Source: Paramoeba atlantica
Taxonomy: Eukaryota > Protista > Discosea
Direction: 5' to 3'
Assembly (NCBI GenBank): GCA_977017575.1
Contig: CDRNVI010000088.1
Location: 62,001-126,000, forward strand
Length of the DNA: 64,000 bases
Shown: piece after piece, positions 10,609 to 20,265 of the stretch
Layout: every line of letters begins with the position of its first letter
Numbering within the stretch: position 1 is the first letter of the stretch
The notes under the pieces: generated by a model
What the model saw: only the letters and a program-made list of their open reading frames with translations
The model's database searches: none
What the model was told of the DNA's origin: nothing
Made by a program: the position numbers and the translations under genes

Positions 10609-10661
10609 GCGGCATACAGCATAGTCCCCGGCAACATAGTCACCCGGCATACAACATAGTC
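10609..10661. repeat. Short tandem repeat GGCA(TA)CAxCATAGTC x3
   Basis: ggcatacagcatagtc / ggcaacatagtc / ggcatacaacatagtc seen directly. Confidence 0.7.
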
Positions 10662-11057
10662 GTCGTAGGTCCAAACATTGAAAAACAAAATAGAAAAAAA
10701 TGGGGGGTCCAGGGGGGGCATATGCCCTTTAAAAAATTTATGTTTCGAAATCCAGGGAAGGGAAGTGTTAGAGAACGCCGCGGCGATAACCCCCACTTGG
10801 GGGTGACCCCCACTGGTACGCGCAGGAGGGGCCCGACAAGTTCGAAATTCCTAAAAAAACCAAAAGAAAAGTAAAAATTTTATTTTTCTAAAATCGACTC
10901 CTAAAACATATTTGGCTATTATCCGGCAAAAATGTACCCTAAATTGACGCTTTTTTTTATAGAAAAATATATTGATTTTTGGTTTTTACACTTGTTTTTC
11001 GTATTTTTGAGTACATCTTGTAGGTTCGTTTAGTATTTCCACATTGATTTCGTCTAC

Positions 11058-12100
11058 ATGGACTGTCCAGGGTGCCCAACATTGGCCTGTTTGGCATTGG
11101 TGACTTCGATTCTACAGATAACAGCTAAAAATGTTGTTCCGTGGATGAAGAATCATTCATTCGGGGCGGACACTTCTTGTTTTCGGGGCGGAGCAATAAC
11201 CAGTTTGGTCTGGATATTCAGGAAATAGAGCATGTTTTCAGTATTCCTCGTGCTCCTCCGACTCACATGAGATATCTAATGGTGGATGAGACATACATGT
11301 ATATTGGTAAACGGCTGCACCACCGTGGTCACCAAACTCGAAAACGTAAGTTCTGGTTTATGACCGCAACTGAAGTTGATGAGCAAAGCGGAGAATCAAT
11401 ACAAACGCATTGGGAAATTACTCTCACGCGCACAAGAGTAGTAGAGTGTACGATGCTATGACTTTGTACGATCAGTGATAGCAAGCCGGAATTCCCTTGT
11501 TATTGCAGATGAATGGCGGGCGTATCAAGGAAAGATAGCTTTTGTCGACATCTAACTATATGTCATGCAGACGCGTTTTCTAGGGAGCACTCCCCTCATG
11601 TAACGGTCCATACTAACAACGCTGAAGCGGTGCATTCTTCTATTAAGGGTTATTGCAAGCGATTCTTTCACACGTGGGGTAGGGATTTGACCTCCTGCCA
11701 AGCCCGAGGCCGGTTTATTACATCCATTTTTTTTAAAACACCCGTGCAAAAACGATTTCAAAAACTGATGGTCATCATGAAAGGGCATTCGTCTGACACT
11801 ACTATGCCATCATTTCATCATCACGGTATATCAACACAGCTTCGCAATGATGATGAATCAGAAGATTCTGAGGACTCCAGCGATGATTCCGATGCAGGGG
11901 CTCCAACGACACGCTTAGGCCGGGCTTTGAATGAGCACATTCGACTACGAAGGAGGTATGGAAGAGAGAAAACAGGCGACTTTAAGTACCAGGTCCAAGG
12001 AGCCACAGATCGCCGTTACACCGTCTATATTGGCACTGGGGGAACTCAATGCACGTGTCCAGACGGCCGTAGAGGGAACAGATGCAAGCACATTTATATA
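11058..12100 (+). pseudogene. Merlin (IS1595/ISXO2-like) DDE transposase pseudogene with C-terminal SWIM finger, 5' part
   Basis: CPGC start; YLMVDETYMYIGKRLHHRG (D1); SLVIADEWRAY at about 11496-11525 in a third frame (D2); VHTNNAEAVHSSIK (E); in-frame CTCPD..RCKH SWIM; at least two frameshifts. Confidence 0.85.
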
Positions 12101-12376
12101 CAGTCCAGGTACTGGTTTCCCCCCCCCAGGCTCCTGAGCACACCGTAAGAGCTTTTGACCTAATTCCTTCGACATTCAACGGATCTCGAAAAAGTAGAGC
12201 GTTTCTCGTCGTTTTTTTGCCCATCACCCCCCCTGGGTCAAAAATATTTTGAAAACACACGAAAAAATAGCATAATTTTAACAAAAATATCCAATACTTC
12301 AAAAAATTAGGAGTTTTTTATCAAATATGGTTTCTTATTCTATGAATTTGAGGGATACCCCCGTTAAATCTACTAA

Positions 12377-13945
12377 AAGTACTCCAACTCGGCGAAAAAC
12401 AAGACACCCCCTATTACCCATAAAACTTCGCGATGTGCACTCCCAGAGCGCCTTGAAATTGTCCGCCAATATAGAAAAGGAAATTCGATTCATACTTTAG
12501 CTAAAACTTTTGGCAGGGACAGAAAGACTGTCCGTGAAATTCTGTCTACGTGGAAGTCTAAAAGTCCACTAGAACCCAAACCCCACCCAAGCCCTGGTTT
12601 CTCTGTGTCTACGAAGCCATTCAGGGCGGCACTCGTCAAAGTTGTTGACGATGCTAACAAAACAATCGATGGCTGCCCATCCTTTCCTTGGGTACATAAC
12701 GAAATGATTAAAAAGGGGTTTCATTGCTCTCTAAGCACAATAAAGAAAACTCTACGTTCATTAAATTACCTACTACAAGCAAAAGCACCTAGCTGCGAGT
12801 TAAAGCAACATCACAAAGAGGCCCGCTTAAGTCTAGCAGAGTCTTTATTGTCCTTTCCCAAAGAAAAATTAGATTCTATAATTTGGACGGACGAAAAAAA
12901 AATTACATGTGGTTCAAAGACTTACTCTCACTTTTTTATCGGAAAGAAAGGATGTACCAAAATTAAAATGAGGAGAAACAACCGATGGTTTGGTGGTAAA
13001 GGTGTCATGGTATGGATGGGAATCAGTGTGAAACACGGCCCTTTTTTGCATTTGTTTTCATCCCAATCGCAAGGTAAAAAAATTAGGGATGCAAGTTCCG
13101 TGAATCGCGCATGTCTTACTAATGTGATTTTATGTAAAATTTTAGAGGATTCGTTTCCAGGCCTGCGAGGCTTAATATAGCTTAAATTTATCGATACACT
13201 TTTCATTATCATATCTTTCGGAACTTAATGTCCCTTCAAACTTTTAAATTCTACTTTGCCAGTAAGCAACGCATCACTTCGCATCACTTTGTCACCTTTT
13301 CTGCCCTCTTGCAGGACTGTTTCGCGTGTCGCAATTCGCTCGCTTTCAAAACGTCATACGAAAACTGGTCGAATTCCAAACGGAGCTGAAAAGGAGTTTC
13401 GGCGCTCGACGGATGATAAACACACCAGCGTTTCGTGCACGTTTCGAAGCGTTGTCTGATCCTGCCAACGCCCTCCGCACTGCCACCTGTTTCGCTATCC
13501 AATGCAACCGCCTTCAGGTGACCGCAGGACTGTTTCGCGTGTTTCCGTGAAGGGTGAAACGATTCTCGTTGAGTGTTTTTCAAAAAGGGGGGGTATTCTT
13601 GAATATTTAGTTGAAAATAGAGAACAAGCGATTGTGCAAATGGACAATGCGGCCACGCATAACAATACGAAGCGTGTCCTTTTCGAAAAAGGAATTACTC
13701 GATTGGAGTGGCCAGCACTCTCTCCTGACCTCAATCCGATCGAGAATGTTTGGTCAATAATGGACCGAATTGTGAAAGAAATTCTGAAGCCAGAGACTGA
13801 AACACAGCTCCGGAAGGCAATAAAGAAAGCCTTCATGATGCTTAAGCGTCATCCTTATCGACGCCAAGTCTTAAATTGCATAAATTCAGTACCTAAACGC
13901 TTGCGAATAGTGCAGAGCGTTCAAGGAGACCATTGTGGGTATTAA
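12377..13945 (+). pseudogene. Tc1-like transposase (DD32E) interrupted by a 438-bp insertion; no ATG in the open 5' frame
   Basis: HTH LAKTFGRDRKTVREIL; IIWTDEKK; GGKGVMVW; QMDNAATH; WPALSPDLNPIENVW; both halves are in the same frame. Confidence 0.85.
13105..13542. mobile_element. 438-bp unclassified insertion with 9-bp target duplication TTCCGTGAA
   Basis: TTCCGTGAA at 13096-13104 and 13543-13551; removing 447 bp fuses DASSV to KGETIL in frame; internal 19-bp direct repeat GCAGGACTGTTTCGCGTGT (13311, 13524). Confidence 0.7.
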
Positions 13946-13946
13946 T

Positions 13947-13966
13947 ACAGTTTCTGTACCTTGTTG
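13947..13966 (+). other. Spliced-leader-like 20-mer at the 5' end of the retrotransposon
   Basis: ACAGTTTCTGTACCTTGTTG; 18/20 identical to the recalled kinetoplastid SL exon 3' end ACAGTTTCTGTACTTTATTG; followed by 29 nt then ATG at 13996. Confidence 0.75.
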
Positions 13967-13995
13967 ATTTTTTTTTCCCTACCCTTTACAACGAC

Positions 13996-16900
13996 ATGTT
14001 TTGCTTACTACTAGGGAAGGGCACACACCAGGCGTCGCAGGACTCTCCTAAGAGACCACGCGACGTGTCTAACCAAAACAAAAACCTGTCCCTGAAAGGC
14101 ACTCCCACAGACAGGGTTGCAAAATCTGCTACCCGAACCGTCCAGGCTCTATCCCAAAAGAGCAATGAGTCCCTTACCAGCGACACAGGAGAAGCACCCC
14201 CAGCTCCATGCAAACATCCTTGTAAGGACAAAAGCACCTGCGGACACCCCTGTTGCAAGCGGGGTGTAACGCGGCCACATATCCTGGTCACTCCTCACAC
14301 AAACGAACTTCCCCCTCACCCCGTCCCCCCCACCACACAACAAACGGTTCCGGAGTGCAAACACCGCTGCAAGGACAAAGCTCACTGTGAACACCCATGC
14401 TGCAAACGACACCTGGTACGCGTAGCAAAACCGGATACGTACAACAATAAGAGAAGTGACGTACCGGTGGATGCAAGAGAAGACGTGAAGGTGATCACGG
14501 CTGTGAGTGTAATGCCGGTACAACGTAGCACACCCTGTAAGCATGTCTGTAAAAACAAACAGACCTGCGGGCACCCATGTTGCAAACGTAATCTTACACC
14601 AACAACATACGAACTCACGAGCACTACGGCGAGCGGTCAAGAATCCGGGCCCAAAGAAGCTCCAAGTACGCGACAAAGGGACGAAACGTCACCGCCATGC
14701 GCGCGTGACCGCGTAACACAGGATGTGAAAGTACCGAAATCAAGCAACCTACTTGGCATGGCAGCGCGAGCTGCAACACGATATCTGTTTTCAAGCCGCA
14801 CTCAACCGTACGCTAACGGCACTCCCTCAACCCCGGCGGTAACCGTACGACCTCACAGCAGCACCGGACAGGAACGCTTGTCGTACACAATAGCACCCTG
14901 TCCAAAAGACGAACACGATTTACATGTACCCCCACCCAAGGAGGTTACTCCCCATCAAAAATCACCCACTGTTACCGTCGGTCGTGCCGTCGCATCAACT
15001 GCCTGCTCGCTTGCCAAATTCCTACCTTTCAACGGCGTTCCATGTCAAACTCCGGACTCCCAAAGCCTCCCCAAACCTAAATCTCAAACACAACTTCAGG
15101 TCCACGCCTTAACTAGCGTATGCAAGCATATCTGCAAGAGTAAAGATCAATGTAAGCACGTGTGCTGCAAGCAAGGCCTAGGCCCCGCCTCCGAACAAGC
15201 AGACCGTGTCGAGCCCTGTAAGCATAAATGTAAGAACAAAGCAGGGTGCGGCCATCCTTGCTGCAAACGCACTGGCACACCGTTGACTTCGCTTGACACA
15301 CCGATAAGCAAACTGGATGGGCAGGATACTCTACCCACCGGCCCATGTACCCTTCCCAAGAATCTCGTCACACCGTCCCTAAACGCAACCACTACGACAG
15401 CTGACCGTGCCGTTGCCAGGGAACCAACCATCCCGACTCCCAAAAACAAGGCACCGGAAAGTATCATTCTCTTGGACTCACCTTCCCCAGCACACCAACA
15501 CAGTCCGCGGAATGAGAATGGCGATGACGAAGTCCCATCCTGGGTTTTCCAACAAGCGCACAGCGTAGGGCGAATACAAAGCCCGCCGCTTGAACAAGGA
15601 AGCCTCTTACCCCCATCACAACTGGACACCCATTTACATTCGGATGAATCCGAGGGTCCCCAGATTCCCACACAAACTCCCGACAGCCCGTCACAGTATC
15701 TCCCGCCGCCCCAGGACCCCACGCATCCCGTAACCCATAACCGACACAAGCAACGTTTCCACTTTATCCAGTCCCGGTCAAAACCTGTCAAACTCCGCCT
15801 CGTCAACGACAACACATGGAGATATTTCCCGGATGTGCATGCAGCATGCGTAAGCCAACTTGTGCGTAGTCGTATCCCTTCCCCCCAGGGGGCTGAAGCC
15901 GCCCTGTCCAAAGCGCTCAATGGGAAAAGTGCAGCACACGACATCGTCGTAGAAACGTGTACCGTAGACGAACTTATGGAAAAGAGAGCGTGTGACTTTT
16001 TAGAAGTTAGTAGAGTAGACTCAACAAGTCACATTTCTCGCCACGCGAACTGGGTATCTCTTTTTCACGACAGCCGCCTGGAATTATACAACCACTACGC
16101 ATCACCTAGCTCAATGGGTAAAGCGGTAAACAAGGTACTGAACGGGAGAGCGGTCCCTGGGTTATCGGCGTTTCGGATCGTTCTGCTCCTTCGCACCGAC
16201 GACAAAGAAGAAGTACAGCCATCAAAGCCCCAAACGGTCCCAACACTTCCACCATACGAGATTATTTCGCGTGACCACGCCTCCTCCTTGAAGCGGACGC
16301 ACCCATGCCAACATCGATGCATAAGTAAACTCAAATGCAGCCATCCATGCTGCAAAATCTATGGACCATCCCTCGATCAGGGAATCGAAGGAGACTCTGA
16401 GGGGAGCCCCAACGCAGGACAAGAGCAAGAACACCCCGAACTTAACCCCCCCACTTCCGCTTCCTCTCCGAGACTACTCGACGAGACGGAGTACCTTTTC
16501 CGCACGGCACGATACATCCAGGGGGGCAAGTTAAACATAAACTTGGCTGACGCGCACTGGCACGAGGTGGAACGTAGGGCCCTCCACAGATGCAACACCT
16601 TGCTCACTGTCTCTGGCGACGCACTCTCCGCCGTCCATAACGCAGAACTACTGAGTGCAATACTAGCGGTGTCGGCATATGAAGTGGCGCGAGACGTCGA
16701 CTCCAGGAAGGGTTTCATTATCCGAACGGCTCGAGGACATATAAAGGGGAAAGTCCGTCCATTAGAAAGCGAAAAAGTTGCCTTTTCCTTCTCTCGACAT
16801 GTAAAACAACTACAAATGAAGCTGCGATACACACACGGCAAGGCTCCCCGCATGGCGTTGAAACAAAAGATTAAGGAAACCAAAAAGGCGGAACGTATAT

Positions 16901-19443
16901 ACAGCGCAGAAGCCATGGCCCAAAAACGGGAACTGGAAAGTCGCTGGGCACTTCAACAATTCAACCGCAATCCATGGACGGCTGCGAGTCAAACCTTGGA
17001 CAAAAGGACAGAAGCAGAAAGTGTACCGGCCTATCCGACTTGCAATGTACAGAAAGTGGAAAGTGTGTTCACAACATTACTTACGGACCCCACTACAGTG
17101 CATCACTTACCACCCCACGACGTCCTCGGAAACCGTCCTCTGGCAGAAATGACCTGGGACGAACTGGCTTCAATCGACATTTCGAACGCTCTCACATCAA
17201 AGAAAAACAGCAGTGCTCCAGGCCAGGACTCCATTACGTACCAGACTCTAAAGCGATGCCACAGCTCCCACACCCACATGGCAAACGTCTTCAACGCGCT
17301 AGTGCGCTTCAGCACATGTCCGACGTCGTGGAAAATATCCGTCACTCGCCTCATTTACAAAAAAGGGGAGCCTGACAACCCACAAAACTGGCGTCCCATC
17401 GGCCTGACTAGCGTACTAGGGAAACTCCTGCATTCCATCATCAGCCGGAAAATGACGAAATTCCTACTTGAAGCCTCTGTCATTGACCCCAAGATACAGA
17501 AAGGCTTTCTCCCCGCCATTAACGGTACTCTCGAACATACGCAATCCCTCTCAGAGCTCCTACGCCACTACCGGAAGAACAAGTGGAACTACTGCATGGC
17601 CCAGCTAGACCTCAGTAACGCCTTTGGTTCACTCCCCCGCAACATCATCTTTGAAGCACTGGAATGGGCGAGAATCTCCCCAAACATTATTAAATACGTC
17701 CAATGCTTATACACTGACGCAAGTACCCGCATTAAATGTTACGAAGGTCTGTCCAGCGCGATCCCAGCTAAACGAGGTGTCTTACAAGGTGACACTCTCT
17801 CTCCTACGCTCTTTCTGGTGATTATGGAGCTAGCCCTACGTTACATGGCAAAATCGTTTCCCTCATTTGGATTGAACCTCCCTGGATTTCCAAAAAGCTT
17901 CCTAAAAGCGTACGCCGACGATCTCACGGTCCTGACGAATAGTGAAAAAGAAATGCAACTGGCTGTTGAAACACTATCCACGGTACTCAGTTCGCTTGGC
18001 CTTTCCATCAACGTCAAAAAGTGCAGAGTCCAATATATGGCGTCCAAGAAAAATGATGAACACCCCGGCTACATGACACGACGTCCTCAAATTTTCATCA
18101 AGAACGAAGCTATACCGCATATATGCGACGAAGGAAGTACGTTTCTTGGCATGAATATTGCCCCCGGTTCTCAACAATCCCGAGCCCTTTTCACGAAAGT
18201 TAGGCCCTTATTGAAGCGATGGCTTCATAACATTGACCAGTCGGCCCACGACCTCCCATCAAAAATTTGGATATATCAACACGCAATCATCTCTCGGCTA
18301 CGCTTCACCTTTACTATACACCCATGTATCACGCTCAACTTTATTTTACGCCTTCAGAAAATGTGTACTCACTCCCTGAAACGGTGGATCAATGCGGCTA
18401 GAACTACATGCAGCGAAGCAATCTACTCTCAGCGTGGATGGAACATCTGCAGCTTGTCCAGACTCTGGGAGGACTGTACAGCTGATCTTCTCTGTCAAAT
18501 GAAGCGGTCCCGAGACCCGAACGTTACCGCCGCACTGCAGGAAAGAATACGGGCTGAAGAACATAAGCGCAGGAAAGGCCAAGTTCGACCAGCATGTGAC
18601 ATCACACACATACTGGAGGATCGCGACCTCGCAAAACGAACTCTTCTTGAGCTTAATGAGGACCGAATGATCAACGCACTACGCCGCAGGTCAACGTTCG
18701 CTATTCAGTGGTGGGATATAGCCTCCGAGGAAGAACAGGCGAAAGATTTCAGCGCCGCGATAAACGGACTACGTAGCACTTCCCTTAGCCGCTTCGCAAC
18801 TTCTTTAATGGTACAAAACACTCTCCCTACTAGGACAATGCTGAGGACATGGGGAATTCACGGCACAGATACAGTACAATGCCGAATTTGTAAACAAGAA
18901 CCGGAAACATTACGACACCTCTTATCCTCGTGCAAGGTATCACTAGAACAGGGACGTTACACGTATCGCCATGATTGTGTACTCTCCACCTTTGCAAACG
19001 CGATACTCTCTTCCCCCCATACCGCAGAGGCACATTTTGATCTCCCACACCTACGTCAACTACCCGCATGGTGGTCCGACCTGGAAACACAGCTTCGCCC
19101 AGATGGAATCGTCAAACTCAACGACGGAACTGAATTTATCGTTGAGTTGACGATGCCCTGGGAGGAAAACGTACACGAAGCCCACTGCCGAAAAGTAGAA
19201 AAGTACATAAATATTCTACACCGACGAAAAATAAGGTACTCAGACTGCCACTTGATATGCTTTGAAGTTGGAGCTAGAGGTCTCCCTTCTACGACGCTGC
19301 GTCACATCAACCGTCTCTTTTTGGGTGACAAGGCACTCTCAGATAAGTGCCGTGTCGAAGTCATCCGAACGGCGATCCGGAGCAGCTTTCAACTCTGGCT
19401 GAAAAGGGAATCCCCTTTATGGGACAACCAAAGCTTTGGTTAG
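13996..19443 (+). CDS. 1815-aa retrotransposon protein: 6x CxHxCx5CxHxCC fingers, RT, CCHC knuckle, PD-(D/E)xK REL endonuclease
   Basis: SAPGQDSI, LIYKKG..NWRPIGL, QKGF, LDLSNAFG, GVLQGDTLSP, YADD; CRIC..ETLRHLLSSC; YTYRHDCV, LRPDGIV, IVELTMPWE, RKVEKY, FEVGARG. Confidence 0.95.
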   Translation: MFCLLLGKGTHQASQDSPKRPRDVSNQNKNLSLKGTPTDRVAKSATRTVQALSQKSNESLTSDTGEAPPAPCKHPCKDKSTCGHPCCKRGVTRPHILVTPHTNELPPHPVPPTTQQTVPECKHRCKDKAHCEHPCCKRHLVRVAKPDTYNNKRSDVPVDAREDVKVITAVSVMPVQRSTPCKHVCKNKQTCGHPCCKRNLTPTTYELTSTTASGQESGPKEAPSTRQRDETSPPCARDRVTQDVKVPKSSNLLGMAARAATRYLFSSRTQPYANGTPSTPAVTVRPHSSTGQERLSYTIAPCPKDEHDLHVPPPKEVTPHQKSPTVTVGRAVASTACSLAKFLPFNGVPCQTPDSQSLPKPKSQTQLQVHALTSVCKHICKSKDQCKHVCCKQGLGPASEQADRVEPCKHKCKNKAGCGHPCCKRTGTPLTSLDTPISKLDGQDTLPTGPCTLPKNLVTPSLNATTTTADRAVAREPTIPTPKNKAPESIILLDSPSPAHQHSPRNENGDDEVPSWVFQQAHSVGRIQSPPLEQGSLLPPSQLDTHLHSDESEGPQIPTQTPDSPSQYLPPPQDPTHPVTHNRHKQRFHFIQSRSKPVKLRLVNDNTWRYFPDVHAACVSQLVRSRIPSPQGAEAALSKALNGKSAAHDIVVETCTVDELMEKRACDFLEVSRVDSTSHISRHANWVSLFHDSRLELYNHYASPSSMGKAVNKVLNGRAVPGLSAFRIVLLLRTDDKEEVQPSKPQTVPTLPPYEIISRDHASSLKRTHPCQHRCISKLKCSHPCCKIYGPSLDQGIEGDSEGSPNAGQEQEHPELNPPTSASSPRLLDETEYLFRTARYIQGGKLNINLADAHWHEVERRALHRCNTLLTVSGDALSAVHNAELLSAILAVSAYEVARDVDSRKGFIIRTARGHIKGKVRPLESEKVAFSFSRHVKQLQMKLRYTHGKAPRMALKQKIKETKKAERIYSAEAMAQKRELESRWALQQFNRNPWTAASQTLDKRTEAESVPAYPTCNVQKVESVFTTLLTDPTTVHHLPPHDVLGNRPLAEMTWDELASIDISNALTSKKNSSAPGQDSITYQTLKRCHSSHTHMANVFNALVRFSTCPTSWKISVTRLIYKKGEPDNPQNWRPIGLTSVLGKLLHSIISRKMTKFLLEASVIDPKIQKGFLPAINGTLEHTQSLSELLRHYRKNKWNYCMAQLDLSNAFGSLPRNIIFEALEWARISPNIIKYVQCLYTDASTRIKCYEGLSSAIPAKRGVLQGDTLSPTLFLVIMELALRYMAKSFPSFGLNLPGFPKSFLKAYADDLTVLTNSEKEMQLAVETLSTVLSSLGLSINVKKCRVQYMASKKNDEHPGYMTRRPQIFIKNEAIPHICDEGSTFLGMNIAPGSQQSRALFTKVRPLLKRWLHNIDQSAHDLPSKIWIYQHAIISRLRFTFTIHPCITLNFILRLQKMCTHSLKRWINAARTTCSEAIYSQRGWNICSLSRLWEDCTADLLCQMKRSRDPNVTAALQERIRAEEHKRRKGQVRPACDITHILEDRDLAKRTLLELNEDRMINALRRRSTFAIQWWDIASEEEQAKDFSAAINGLRSTSLSRFATSLMVQNTLPTRTMLRTWGIHGTDTVQCRICKQEPETLRHLLSSCKVSLEQGRYTYRHDCVLSTFANAILSSPHTAEAHFDLPHLRQLPAWWSDLETQLRPDGIVKLNDGTEFIVELTMPWEENVHEAHCRKVEKYINILHRRKIRYSDCHLICFEVGARGLPSTTLRHINRLFLGDKALSDKCRVEVIRTAIRSSFQLWLKRESPLWDNQSFG

Positions 19444-19756
19444 CAAATGGTCTAGCAGGCGACGTCATATGCGTACGTCCTGTTAGACTTTATTACTCTA
19501 CAGGTAATGCCCTGTATAGATATAATATTACATACACCTTTTTTGTCATTTTTTACCCCCCTTCAAAAATATTTTTATTTTTGAAATTTGCCATCTTTGA
19601 TCACACCCACCCAGAACCCAGGGGGGGTGATGGGCAAACAAACGGCGGAAAACGCTCTACTTTTTCGAGATCCGTTGAATGCCGAAGGAATTAGGTCAAA
19701 AGATCTTACGGTGTTCTCAGGAGCCTGGGGGGGGGGAAACCAATACCTGGACTGTA

Positions 19757-19851
19757 TATATACTGTATATAAGGAACTTCATGTTGATGAAAATCATCCG
19801 GTTCTTTTGAAATCTGAATATACTGCACGGGAGCTTTCAATACTACAATAG
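19757..19851 (+). pseudogene. Displaced 3' end of the Merlin-SWIM ORF
   Basis: Directly after the right TIR: YTVYKELHVDENHPVLLKSEYTARELSILQ*, resembling the helix that follows CKH in ZSWIM2/MAP3K1-type SWIM domains. Confidence 0.55.
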
Positions 19852-19890
19852 ATACTAAAGCGTTACACATATAAACCCCCCTCCCACTAA

Positions 19891-19974
19891 ATATTTACAC
19901 ACTTGTATTATTTACTGGATACTTAATATTTACATGGACGCTTATTATTTACACACTTTTATTATTTACATGGC
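19891..19974. repeat. Degenerate tandem TATT(A)TTTACA repeats
   Basis: Five TATTTAC cores with about 19-20 nt period. Confidence 0.65.
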
Positions 19975-20265
19975 TTTTAATGTCTCAAAATTTTGAAAAA
20001 GGTCACTGAAGCAAACTACAAAAACGCGATGAAAGCAGTTCCTACGACTCAAGCGGCGCACCCGAATACTCATCGGAAAATTTATCCGATGAAGGCGTCC
20101 AACCTTCAGGTGAGCAGCCCAACCGGCCATTTGCAATGAGTCATAGCAGAAGTCATAGCACATGAGAAAAGTAAGACTAGGAACGAATGACCCACGGCAT
20201 CACATAAGAAAAGGCGTTCCATCACCAGTGAAAAAATGTGAAAAAATGTGTATCAGAGGAAAAAA

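Larger units (their letters stand above)
13947..19531 (+). mobile_element. Full-length single-ORF non-LTR retrotransposon, RT + REL endonuclease (HERO-like)
   Basis: Uninterrupted ORF; candidate target duplication TATTAATACA (13940-49) / TATTACATACA (19526-36); inserted at the Tc1 transposase stop codon. Confidence 0.85.
12101..19754 (+). mobile_element. Tc1/IS630-like DNA transposon with 138-bp TIRs, TA-flanked, carrying two nested insertions
   Basis: TA|CAGTCCAGGT... at 12101-12238 and its inverse at 19616-19754 ...CCTGGACTG|TA (about 9 differences by eye). Confidence 0.9.

Noticed and set aside
12095-19762. 4-bp TATA target duplication for the Tc1-like elements
   Set aside because: Ambiguous in (TA)n context; the second element and the 349-bp MITE are explained by a plain TA duplication.
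10700-20260. Search for Merlin TIRs and 8-9 bp TSD around the Merlin pseudogene
   Set aside because: Only a 7-bp CACTGGT/ACCAGTG match (10811, 20223) was found, too short to call the boundaries.
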